Positions 18,532-27,020 of a stretch of DNA of 35,218 nucleotides are shown here, one piece after another. Position 1 is the stretch's first letter. Every line of letters begins with the position of its first letter. The DNA lies in assembly GCA_040754495.1 (NCBI GenBank), contig JBFMCO010000015.1, positions 1 through 35,218 on the forward strand, read 5' to 3'. The position numbers were made by a program, and so were the translations under genes. The DNA comes from Candidatus Micrarchaeota archaeon (GTDB lineage: Archaea > Micrarchaeota > Micrarchaeia > Anstonellales > Bilamarchaeaceae). A model generated the notes under the pieces. The model saw only the letters and a list, made by a program, of their open reading frames with translations, had not been told where the DNA came from and made no database searches.

Positions 18532-19536
18532 TCAGGGGGGCAGGAAGTGGTACGTGCCGAGCGAATACCTCGCGATTCCTTCCGGGTACGCGGCCACGGA
18601 GCTGGTCACGATGGTGACGTCCCTGCCGCTCGTCCCGTAAGGAAGCGTCAGGCCGCAGTCCGAGCAGTTCACTATATCGAAAGCGAACATGTCGCTCCTG
18701 TAAGCGACGCTCAGGCTCGCGGGGTCGGCCGGGTCAGCCCATATGCGGCCCTCCACGTTTTCTATGGTGGACGGGGTGGGGTTGCGCGCCGGAAGCGCGA
18801 AATAGTTCACGCTGGCGCCGGTGCCGGAAAGCGCGTTCTTCACGGGCATGTAGTCCGCCGGGTCGGTCACGAGATAGACGGTCTTCTGCGTCTCCTCCGG
18901 GGTGCGGCCGACCGGGTTCATTACCTCGAACGTAACCCTGCGCACGCTCTTGCCCGCGACAGTTTCGGTGGTCCCGTTTATCGCATGCACCTGCCAGACC
19001 GTGGCATCCGAGGTGGACGGGATGTTGTACGCCTGGCCCTCCGAAAACGGCTCCGTGACGAACCTCCGGAGCTGGATGGCATCGAATGCCGGGCTGATGA
19101 GGAAATTGTATTCGTTCTCAAACACCTTTATGACCTGCCGGTGGATGGCGAGCCTTCCGCGCGTGAGGTCGTCCTTGGGAATCTGCATCGCCCCGCTCGA
19201 TATGTGCGTGAACTCCCCGTCCTGGGAGGTTATGTGGTCCACGCAATCTATGGGCGTGAGGCTGTAGCGCATGTTGTCGACAACGCCGAGGTTCGGCATC
19301 TGGTAAGCCTCAGTCGGGCCGTAGTGTACGCTCCCGATTCCGGGCGTCGTGCACACCCCGCCATCGGGCCCGGGGCCCCCGTCTCCGCCCCCGTCGCCGG
19401 AATGCGTGCCGTCTTCCCCGCTGCACCCGATTAGCGCCACAAGGGCCATGCCCGAGAGCGCAGCGCGCAGCGGCCTCCTCGCCGGCTCGTGATTCGGTTT
19501 CCCCCCCACCGTATCATGCAAAACTAGCTTTTTCAT
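18532..19536 (-). CDS. Predicted lipoprotein of unknown function with G/D-rich linker
   Basis: ATG 19536 lies 22 nt from a TTTTAAA box; hydrophobic stretch ends in LIGC; followed by a GDGGGDGGPGPDGG linker. Confidence 0.7.
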   Translation of the reverse strand: MKKLVLHDTVGGKPNHEPARRPLRAALSGMALVALIGCSGEDGTHSGDGGGDGGPGPDGGVCTTPGIGSVHYGPTEAYQMPNLGVVDNMRYSLTPIDCVDHITSQDGEFTHISSGAMQIPKDDLTRGRLAIHRQVIKVFENEYNFLISPAFDAIQLRRFVTEPFSEGQAYNIPSTSDATVWQVHAINGTTETVAGKSVRRVTFEVMNPVGRTPEETQKTVYLVTDPADYMPVKNALSGTGASVNYFALPARNPTPSTIENVEGRIWADPADPASLSVAYRSDMFAFDIVNCSDCGLTLPYGTSGRDVTIVTSSVAAYPEGIARYSLGTYHFLPP

Positions 19537-19604
19537 ATGAGAATATCGCACTAAAGACTTTAAAAGGCCACAGGGAAGGGCAAAAAATTTAAAACTTCGG
19601 CGAC

Positions 19605-19622
19605 ATTTAGGGTAACCTAATT
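19605..19622. promoter_or_regulatory. Putative DtxR/MntR/SirR-family operator upstream of sod
   Basis: Inverted repeat TTAGG-GTAA-CCTAA at 19607-19620, just downstream of TTTAAAA (about 19590-19596). Confidence 0.5.
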
Positions 19623-19637
19623 CGAAGAGGTGTGAAT

Positions 19638-20246
19638 ATGCATGAACTAGGAAAGCTGCCATACTCGTACGACGCGCTGGAGCCGTATATAGACGCGAAG
19701 ACCATGGAGATACATTTCAGCAAGCACCACCAGGCATACGTGAACAACCTGAACGCCGCCCTCGACAAGCACCCCGAGCTGCACAAGAAAAGCCTCGAGG
19801 AGCTGCTCTCAGGCCTCGACAAGGTGCCTGAGGATATAAGGACCGCGGTAAGGAACCACGGCGGCGGGCATGCGAACCATACCTTCTTTTGGGGGGTTAT
19901 GGGCCCAAATGCAGGAGGTGAACCAGAGGGGAACGCCGCGGACGCTATTAAACAGAGTTTTGGCGGCTTCGATAAATTTAAGGAAGAGTTTACGAAAGCG
20001 GGCTTAACAAGATTCGGCTCCGGCTGGGCTTGGCTTGTAATGGATAATGGCAAACTGGCTGTTATGAGCACTCCAAACCAGGACAGCCCTTTCATCGAAG
20101 GAAAGAAACCGATACTTGCGATAGACGTCTGGGAACATAGTTATTACCTAAAGCACATGTGGAATAGGGCGGCTTACATAAACGATTGGTGGCAAGTTGT
20201 AAATTGGAAACAAGTAGAGCGAAATTACAAACAAGCGATGGGGTAG
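19638..20246 (+). CDS. sod: Fe/Mn superoxide dismutase (Mn/cambialistic-type signature)
   Basis: [43 protein letters not shown] and DVWEHSYY motifs; GAGGTG SD before ATG 19638. Confidence 0.95.
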   Translation: MHELGKLPYSYDALEPYIDAKTMEIHFSKHHQAYVNNLNAALDKHPELHKKSLEELLSGLDKVPEDIRTAVRNHGGGHANHTFFWGVMGPNAGGEPEGNAADAIKQSFGGFDKFKEEFTKAGLTRFGSGWAWLVMDNGKLAVMSTPNQDSPFIEGKKPILAIDVWEHSYYLKHMWNRAAYINDWWQVVNWKQVERNYKQAMG

Positions 20247-21080
20247 CTATCTGCCGTTGTTTAGCCAATTTTTTACTGCGTCGCTTTTTTCTCCTTTTAA
20301 TTTTGTAGTACTGATATTCTCGAAAAACCTTCGCACAAATTCTTTTTTATAAATTCTCAAATGATATGCTTTTTTCCTCACGAAGCCATCTTTTCCGAGG
20401 AATGCTGCTTGGGTGGAGTATCGGGCAGTGATGCCAAGCTGGTCATTCAAAAGAGTTCTTATAAGTTCTAGATATTTGTAATTTGTACAGCAGATATCCA
20501 GGCATATTTTTGGGGTTTTTCTAGCCTTTTCTTTAATGATTTTAACGCAACCTTCGGCATCAAAAAAGCCTTCGATAAATTCGAGCGAATTTTTGTAGTG
20601 ACTGCCTTTTGCAATAAGATTTGATAACAATCCAATGTCGCCCCTTATTTGCCGGAATAGAAAATAAAGTTGAAGGTTTCCGATATTTACAAACCACACA
20701 TTACGGCGCCGGTTAATATAGTTCTTGACCTTGTTGCGAGAGCATATCGATAATTTTATCGTGAACTTTTTCGTAAAGTCTTTTTCACCGCTGATGTTTA
20801 TCAGATGCCGGTGCCCTTTCTTCCAGTAGTAAGGGCATCCATCGCCTAGTAACGCTCCTAATACATAAAATAACTCGGGCGTGTCCTTAAGCTCGCCCCT
20901 TCTCCCGTATGGATTGGAGACACCCGAGTACCAATCATTGAGTGTCCCTTTCGGAATATGGAACTCGGCATTGATATTATCTACTGTCTCGTTTCTAGAA
21001 AGACCAGTTTTTTTAAGTTCATTGAGCTTATCGAAAGCATTTATTCTCAATTCATGATTAATTCTAACGTTTCCGTCCAC
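20247..21080 (-). mobile_element. Free-standing double-motif LAGLIDADG homing endonuclease with N-terminal HTH-like region
   Basis: Motifs YVLGALLGDG and FIEGFFDAEG. GTG start after GGGGAT SD; own stop. Three of four hand-counted 60-nt lines were 28-37% GC (one 53%), against visibly GC-rich flanks. Confidence 0.88.
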
Positions 21081-21216
21081 TGTTCATCCCCCAGTATCGC
21101 ACCAGGCTTTCGCCATTTATTAGCTTAGGCAGACCTCATTTCCCGGCCAAGGATTTTGTTACATGAAGTGGGCGGTGGGACCAGGTCGGCCTCTTCTACA
21201 AGGACGCCATGCGCCG

Positions 21217-22485
21217 CTAAAGCGCCTTCATCCTTTTCCAGAACAGGCAGTGCGCGGGCCTCCAGGCGACCTCCACGAGGGCAAGTAGCAGGATGGCTAC
21301 GAGATACACGAGCAGGAAGCCCGCGAAGTAGAGGAAGATGCCCAGCACCGGGATGAACATCACGACCATGAGCACTATATAGGCCGCGAAATAGAACACC
21401 ATCATTGGTATCGAGGCCAGGAGTATCATCACAAGCAGGATGAAGTCGAACACGATGACTTCGAGCGGATTTCTCCGGACCAGCGAAAGCCCGCCCTTCA
21501 GCGAATCGATGATGCCGCGGTTTTCCACAGCAAACCCGTACCTCCAGAACTGCGTGAGGAACTCGTAGAGGGCCCCTGCGAGCATGAGGTATACGATGAA
21601 GAACAGGTAGGCGGCCATCAGGCCGACCATGAGACTCGCGCCCCCTGCGCCCGGCCCGAGCGCAACATAGAGGACTGCGATGACCGCTGCTGCCGGAACC
21701 AGCATGAGTATCCTGAATGCCGCGTCCGCCACGGTATAGGACAGCGTCCTGCCCTTCTGGGAAATGAGTGTTTCTGCCATCGAGTATTTCCTGCCGCTCA
21801 GCATCGCGTCCGTCATCGTGTAGGCCGCGGCCTCGAAGGCGTTGTTCACCCAGAAGATTACGAAGTAGCCGGCCAGAATAACCGCAGCCATGAGAATGAT
21901 GCCCACGATGCCTCCGCCGAGAGAGGCTGTCCCGAACACCAGCGCCAGTGCGAGGAGAAGCATGATGATGAAGGCTCCGACAGAAACCACTAACTTCATC
22001 AGGCCGAGCTTGAGGAGTTCGATGTAGTATTGCTTGAAGTTCGCTCGGACGAAGTCCCACCAGCCAAGGAGCGGGACCTTCATGTTTTCTATAAACTCGT
22101 CTTCCTCCTTGTCGGGGGGTTTCGGGGCGGGAGGTTGTGCGGTTTTCGGCTGGGGCGTAGTAGGGGCTGGAGCCGCTTTTTGTTCGGACGCTTTCGGAGC
22201 CGGGGCCTGCGCAGGAAGCTGGGCGGGTTTCTGTGCAGCGGGTTTTGCCGGCGCAGGAGCGGCTTCCTGAGGCCCGGCTTCTGGTGGCGCCGGCTTTAGA
22301 GCCGATGCCGGCGGCCGGCTGCCGGATGCCGGAGACGGGATGCCTGCCTGCGCCGTCCCGGAGCGCATTACTGCCGGCGGCTTCGCCTTGGGGCGTGAGG
22401 GTTGTTTCGCAATGGTCGGCGTGGCCAGCTCGAATTCCCCCTGCTTCCTTGCAGGCTTTTTCCGAGAATCAGGATTTTCAGCCAT
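21217..22485 (-). CDS. Membrane protein with about 130-aa Pro/Ala/Lys-rich disordered N-terminus and multi-TM C-terminal domain
   Basis: Low-complexity PAPAKPAAQKPAQ... followed by 6-7 hydrophobic segments; TATA 22 nt upstream of the ATG. Confidence 0.8.
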   Translation of the reverse strand: MAENPDSRKKPARKQGEFELATPTIAKQPSRPKAKPPAVMRSGTAQAGIPSPASGSRPPASALKPAPPEAGPQEAAPAPAKPAAQKPAQLPAQAPAPKASEQKAAPAPTTPQPKTAQPPAPKPPDKEEDEFIENMKVPLLGWWDFVRANFKQYYIELLKLGLMKLVVSVGAFIIMLLLALALVFGTASLGGGIVGIILMAAVILAGYFVIFWVNNAFEAAAYTMTDAMLSGRKYSMAETLISQKGRTLSYTVADAAFRILMLVPAAAVIAVLYVALGPGAGGASLMVGLMAAYLFFIVYLMLAGALYEFLTQFWRYGFAVENRGIIDSLKGGLSLVRRNPLEVIVFDFILLVMILLASIPMMVFYFAAYIVLMVVMFIPVLGIFLYFAGFLLVYLVAILLLALVEVAWRPAHCLFWKRMKAL

Positions 22486-22535
22486 TATGGGTTATCCCAG
22501 TCAATGATTATAAAGAGCCGGAGCGAGTCCAGTGC

Positions 22536-22796
22536 ATGGTCACCAAGGAGGAAATCGACAAGGTCATCGCCTGGTGCGAGAAGGTAAAGGCCGAGCGCAA
22601 GCGCATCTACGTCATCGAGCGCAACCCGTTCCGTGAGGAGGTGGACTGGATGCGGAGGTTCCCCCTCATCGAGATAGACAGGCCCAAGGAGGTCGCGTCG
22701 AAGAACGACATCGTGTACGATTCCACGATAAAGACGCTCTGGCAGTTCATGAACGGGGACTGGCGCAAGATCGAGCCGGATATCCGCGTCGGATGA
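22536..22796 (+). CDS. Hypothetical protein (86 aa)
   Basis: ATG 22536 lies 21 nt after TTATAAA; host-like codon usage; globular-looking sequence MVTKEEIDKVIAWCE... Confidence 0.7.
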   Translation: MVTKEEIDKVIAWCEKVKAERKRIYVIERNPFREEVDWMRRFPLIEIDRPKEVASKNDIVYDSTIKTLWQFMNGDWRKIEPDIRVG

Positions 22797-23297
22797 CTAC
22801 CCCATGGAGATTCTTTTTATCTGCTTCAGCCCGCGGAGCTTCCCTATGCAAGTGCCAGGCAGCCTTTTTTCGAGGATGATTGTCAGCTTCGGGTTCGGGT
22901 AGATGTCCGGGTCGTCGCTGACTATCTGCCTTATGCTGATTCTTTTTTCCGCGATGATGGCCGAAACCGCGGCTACGATGCCAGGGGCATGGGGCTCGGC
23001 CTCTATTTCCAGGACCTCGAAGCCGAGGTGCTTCGCGACGCCCCGAATGAACGAGGTTGGGGCAAGGGACTCGAATATCCCGAAGAGCTCCGGTATTCCA
23101 GCTATCATCTGCGCGGTTTCGAGGACAACCCTCCGGTCCACCCTGAGGGCCCGCGCGATTTTCACCGGGCTGACCTCGACCTCCCCGGAGAATATCCTGC
23201 CTTTCCCATCCACGCGCATGCCCTGGCGCAGCAGGAGCTCGGCCACTTTTTTGCGCATCGGGTAGCGTATGAACGCGTCTTCAAGGATAGGGTACAT
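22797..23297 (-). CDS. trpY: TrpY-type archaeal tryptophan regulator (HTH + ACT, COG2150)
   Basis: YPMRKKVA...IARALRVDRRVV...PGIVAAV...ISIRQ...DP...PKLTII pattern. It is 166 aa, divergent from trpE, with TGTACA boxes in between. Confidence 0.85.
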   Translation of the reverse strand: MYPILEDAFIRYPMRKKVAELLLRQGMRVDGKGRIFSGEVEVSPVKIARALRVDRRVVLETAQMIAGIPELFGIFESLAPTSFIRGVAKHLGFEVLEIEAEPHAPGIVAAVSAIIAEKRISIRQIVSDDPDIYPNPKLTIILEKRLPGTCIGKLRGLKQIKRISMG

Positions 23298-23330
23298 GAT
23301 GTACATTATTGTACATAAAAGATTTAAATA
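23291..23330. promoter_or_regulatory. TRP boxes (TrpY operator) and shared trpY/trpE TATA box
   Basis: GGTACA 23291-23296, TGTACA 23300-23305, TGTACA 23310-23315 (4-bp spacer); purine-rich BRE-like tract then TTTAAATA 23323-23330. Confidence 0.8.
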
Positions 23331-23365
23331 TTTCATTGGTGCCAATCCCTTTCGAAGTGATTCCG

Positions 23366-24694
23366 ATGATTGAGAGAAAGCTCAGGCTCGCCCTGAACCC
23401 GTACCAGATGTACTCCCTGGTGAACCGCGAGTACGACCATTCCTTCCTTCTCGAATCGATGGAAGGGGATGAGAAGCTGGCAAGGTTCTCGTTCATAGGC
23501 TTTTCGCCATCGTCCATGATGAGCGCCCGGGACGGCGTGTTCGGGAGGGACGGGGAAGAGGCGGATTCGGAAAATCCCATAAGGGCCCTTGCCGCGGCGA
23601 TACCGCGGAGGGAGGCGGTGCGGGAAGGGTTCGTGGGCGGGGCCGTCGGATATTTCTCCTATGAATATGCGCGCAGGCTTGAGCGGCTGCCCGATGGCGG
23701 GAAGACGGCGTCCGGATTCCCTGATTTCGAGTTCGGCATATTCGACGACTGCCTCGTCTACGACCACCGCGACCGGAGCGTGCGCTACATAACGCATGGC
23801 GAAGACCGCTCCGGGGAGCTGGTGAGGCTCGCCTCCGAGGACGCTTTCCTCGGCCCTTTCCAGGCCGGGAACCCGAAGACCGATGCCGGGGAGGAGGAGT
23901 TCGTCGGCGCGGTCGCATCGGCCAAGGAGAGGATAGCCGAGGGCGAGATATTCCAGGTCGTCCTCTCAAGGAGGTACGAGTTCCCCTTCGAGGGCGACAT
24001 GCTGAGGTTCTACAACGTCCTCAAGCAGTCCAACCCGTCCCCGTACATGTATCATCTCAGCTTCGGGGACCGGAAGATAATCGGGGCGAGCCCTGAGAAC
24101 CTGGTCCGGGTTGAAGGGAGGACGATTGAGAGCTCGGCAACGCTGGCCGGAACGATGCAGAGGGGAAAGTCGGCCGCGGAAGACAGGGCGCTCGAGGAGA
24201 GGCTTAAAGGGGACGCGAAGGAAAGGGCGGAGCACCTCATGCTGGTGGACCTCACCAGAAACGACGTCGGAAAGGTCGCGAGGCCCGGCTCGGTCGACGT
24301 ATCCGGCCTCATGAAGGTGCACAAATACAGCCACGTCCAGCACCTCGGTTCGCATGTCAGCGGGGAGCTCGCGGAGGGGAAGGACTGCTTCGACGCGTTC
24401 GAGGCGCTCTTCCCTGCCGGAACTCTCACCGGGGCGCCGAAGGTCCGGGCGATGGAGGTTATAGAGGAGCTCGAGAGGAGCAGGCGGGGCCCTTACGGGG
24501 GCGCGGTCGGGTATTTTTCCTTCAACGGCAACTGCGATTTCGCAATCGCGATACGGAGCCTTTTCGCCCGCAGGCAGAAGGCGTACATACAGGCCGGGGC
24601 GGGGATAGTCCATGATTCCGTGCCGGAGCGCGAGTACAAGGAGACCGAGAACAAGATGAGGGCGCTCATGGATGCGCTGGGGGCCGGGGCATGA
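23366..24694 (+). CDS. trpE: Anthranilate synthase component I
   Basis: FLLES and NPSPYM Trp-feedback motifs, GEIFQVV, EHLMLVDL, PAGTLTGAPK; GTGAT SD before ATG 23366. Confidence 0.93.
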   Translation: MIERKLRLALNPYQMYSLVNREYDHSFLLESMEGDEKLARFSFIGFSPSSMMSARDGVFGRDGEEADSENPIRALAAAIPRREAVREGFVGGAVGYFSYEYARRLERLPDGGKTASGFPDFEFGIFDDCLVYDHRDRSVRYITHGEDRSGELVRLASEDAFLGPFQAGNPKTDAGEEEFVGAVASAKERIAEGEIFQVVLSRRYEFPFEGDMLRFYNVLKQSNPSPYMYHLSFGDRKIIGASPENLVRVEGRTIESSATLAGTMQRGKSAAEDRALEERLKGDAKERAEHLMLVDLTRNDVGKVARPGSVDVSGLMKVHKYSHVQHLGSHVSGELAEGKDCFDAFEALFPAGTLTGAPKVRAMEVIEELERSRRGPYGGAVGYFSFNGNCDFAIAIRSLFARRQKAYIQAGAGIVHDSVPEREYKETENKMRALMDALGAGA

Positions 24695-25257
24695 TTCTTC
24701 TCATAGACAATTACGACTCATTCACGTACAACCTTTACCAGTGCCTCTCAGGCCTCGGGGCGCAGGTCATGGTGCGGCGGAACGATGCGATAAGCATCGG
24801 GGAGGCGGAGGCTCTCGCTCCGGAAAGAATCGTGCTCTCGCCCGGGCCCGGCCACCCTGCCAACAAGCGGGATTTCGGGGTGTGCAGGGACATACTCGAC
24901 GAGGTGACGGGCATCCCGGTGCTCGGCGTGTGCCTCGGGCACCAGGGGATAGTCCTGCGCTTCGGGGGGAAGGTGCAGAAGGCGGCCGCGCCCATGCACG
25001 GGAAGACGAGCATGGTTGAGCATGACGGGAAGGGGCTTTTTGCCGGCATCCCCTCGCCGATTGAGGCGATGCGCTACCATTCGCTCGTAGGGACGGATAT
25101 CCCTGACGAGCTCGAGGTTACTGCTACAAGCATGGATGACCGCCAGGTGATGGCAGTCCGGCACAGGACGCTGCCCATATCCGGGGTGCAGTTCCACCCG
25201 GAGAGCGTGATGACGCCCTGCGGCGGGAAAATACTTGAGAATTTCCTGAGGTGCTGA
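24691..25257 (+). CDS. trpG: Anthranilate synthase component II (glutamine amidotransferase)
   Basis: IDNYDSFTYN, SPGPG, GVCLGHQ and QFHPES motifs. Confidence 0.93.
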   Translation: MILLIDNYDSFTYNLYQCLSGLGAQVMVRRNDAISIGEAEALAPERIVLSPGPGHPANKRDFGVCRDILDEVTGIPVLGVCLGHQGIVLRFGGKVQKAAAPMHGKTSMVEHDGKGLFAGIPSPIEAMRYHSLVGTDIPDELEVTATSMDDRQVMAVRHRTLPISGVQFHPESVMTPCGGKILENFLRC

Positions 25258-25260
25258 GGG

Positions 25261-26247
25261 ATGGAGACGCTGGAAAAGCTTGTCCGGGGGGAGGACCTTG
25301 ATGGACCGGAAGCGGAAGCCCTCCTTCGGGGGATGATGGAGGGAAGGTTGAGCCCTGCCGCCTCAGCGGCTGCCCTGGTCGCGCTGCGGATGAAAGGCGA
25401 GAGCGAGGGGGAGATAGCCGCGCTCGCCCGCGAGATGCGGAGGCATGCGGAGAGGATAAGGCCGGCCGTATCGGGGCTCGTGGATACGTGCGGGACGGGC
25501 GGGGATTCGCTTGGCACGATGAACGTTTCGACAGTAGCGGCGATAATCGCCGCGGGTGCCGGCGTGCCTGTCGCGAAGCACGGCAACCGGTCGGTGTCCG
25601 GGAAGTCCGGCTCGTTCGACCTCCTCGAAAAGCTCGGCGTGAAGCCGCTGGAGCCGAAGCTGGTGGAGCGCTCCATAGAAAGGATAGGCATCGGGTTCAT
25701 GTTCGCCCCGGTTTTCCACCCCGCCATGAAGAATGTCGCGCCGGTGCGGAAGGAGCTCGGAATACGCACCGTGTTCAACCTACTTGGTCCCCTTGCCAAT
25801 CCGGCAGGGGCGGAGAACCAGCTTGTCGGAGTCTGCGAGCCGGGGCTTACCAAGGTTTTCGCTAACGTCCTCCGCGAGCTCGGGGCTGAGCGCGCCCTGA
25901 TAGTGCACGGCGAAGGTGCGGACGAGCTGTGCCTGGGAAGAAGCGTGGTGAGCGAGCTGAGGGACGGCAGGGTGGAGACGTATGCGGTTGATGCCGCAGA
26001 ATTCGGATTAATGAGAGGGGAGATACCGCGGGTTGCCTCTCCGGAAGAGAGTGCCGGCATCGCGATGGGCGTGCTGGGTGGCGCGAAAGGCGCGGCCCGT
26101 GACGTCTGCCTGCTGAACGCAGGAGCGGCGGCATACGTGGGGGGGAAGGCCGGCTCCATCAGGGAGGGCGTGGAGAGGGCAGGGCGCGCGGTGGATTCCG
26201 GAAAGGCGCTCTCGAAGCTCAGGGAGGCAGCGGCATTCGGGGGATAG
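25261..26247 (+). CDS. trpD: Anthranilate phosphoribosyltransferase
   Basis: DTCGTGGD, KHGNRSVSGKSGS, RTVFNLLGPLANP motifs. Confidence 0.95.
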   Translation: METLEKLVRGEDLDGPEAEALLRGMMEGRLSPAASAAALVALRMKGESEGEIAALAREMRRHAERIRPAVSGLVDTCGTGGDSLGTMNVSTVAAIIAAGAGVPVAKHGNRSVSGKSGSFDLLEKLGVKPLEPKLVERSIERIGIGFMFAPVFHPAMKNVAPVRKELGIRTVFNLLGPLANPAGAENQLVGVCEPGLTKVFANVLRELGAERALIVHGEGADELCLGRSVVSELRDGRVETYAVDAAEFGLMRGEIPRVASPEESAGIAMGVLGGAKGAARDVCLLNAGAAAYVGGKAGSIREGVERAGRAVDSGKALSKLREAAAFGG

Positions 26248-26249
26248 GC

Positions 26250-27020
26250 ATGGATATTCTCGACAGGTTCATCGGATGCGCGAGGGAAAGCCTCGCGGAG
26301 GGATATTATGCCGGCACTAGCGCGCGGCCGGAGGGTGGAATGGCATCGCTGAGGAAGCGGTTCTATTCGGGGTTCGTGCTGATATGCGAGATAAAGCACG
26401 CATCGCCCGCTGGCGAGTACGGATATCGGCAGATAGACGTGGCGAAGACTGCGGCAGCGTTCAGGGCAGGCGGCGCGGATGCGATTTCGTGCGTGGTCGA
26501 GCCGAAGGTGTTCCGCGGGGACATCGGGAATGTCGCGCTGGCGAAGAATGCAGGCCTGCCGGTGCTTTTCAAGGATTTCATCTTCGCAAAAGAGCAGATA
26601 GGCGCGGCGCACCGGGCCGGGGCGGACTGCGTGCTCCTTGTGATGAAGGTGGCGGAGAGGACGGACGCGGACCTCGATTCCCTCATCGCCCATGCGCACT
26701 CTCTCGGCCTTGAGGTGCTCCTTGAATGCTATGACGCTACGGAGCTGGAGAAGGCGATGGGCACGGATGCGGACATCCTCGGCATCAACAACCGCGACCT
26801 CGCAACGCTGGGCGTGGACATCGGAAGGACGGCGCGGATACTGCGGGAGGCCGGCGGCGCTGACCGCCCGGTTGTCAGCGAGAGCGGCATAAGGAGCGCG
26901 GCGGATATCGCCCGCCTGAGGGATGCCGGCGCGTCCGGAGTTCTCGTGGGGACTGCAATATGGAAGGCGGCGGACATGCAGGCGCTGATAGCCGAGCTGA
27001 AGAAGGGTGCGTCCGCATGA
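26250..27020 (+). CDS. trpC: Indole-3-glycerol phosphate synthase (not fused to TrpF)
   Basis: EIKHASP, KDFI, GINNRDL and SESGI motifs; 256 aa. Confidence 0.92.
   Translation: MDILDRFIGCARESLAEGYYAGTSARPEGGMASLRKRFYSGFVLICEIKHASPAGEYGYRQIDVAKTAAAFRAGGADAISCVVEPKVFRGDIGNVALAKNAGLPVLFKDFIFAKEQIGAAHRAGADCVLLVMKVAERTDADLDSLIAHAHSLGLEVLLECYDATELEKAMGTDADILGINNRDLATLGVDIGRTARILREAGGADRPVVSESGIRSAADIARLRDAGASGVLVGTAIWKAADMQALIAELKKGASA

Noticed and set aside
5411-20489. Isolated TGTACA hexamers at 5411-5416 and 20484-20489
   Set aside because: They are single, intragenic and unpaired; expected by chance.
20247-21080. LAGLIDADG as part of an intein or intron
   Set aside because: It has its own start, SD and stop, lies antisense to an uninterrupted sod, and shows no splicing-block residues or split host gene.
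21081-21216. Minus-strand GGCCGACCUGGUCCCA resembles the 5' end of the HDV ribozyme; a GGC-GAAA-GCC hairpin is also present upstream of the endonuclease
   Set aside because: The P3/L3 spacing is too long and P2 pairing is poor, so the nested double pseudoknot cannot be built by hand. Likely coincidence; an Infernal/RNArobo search would settle it.
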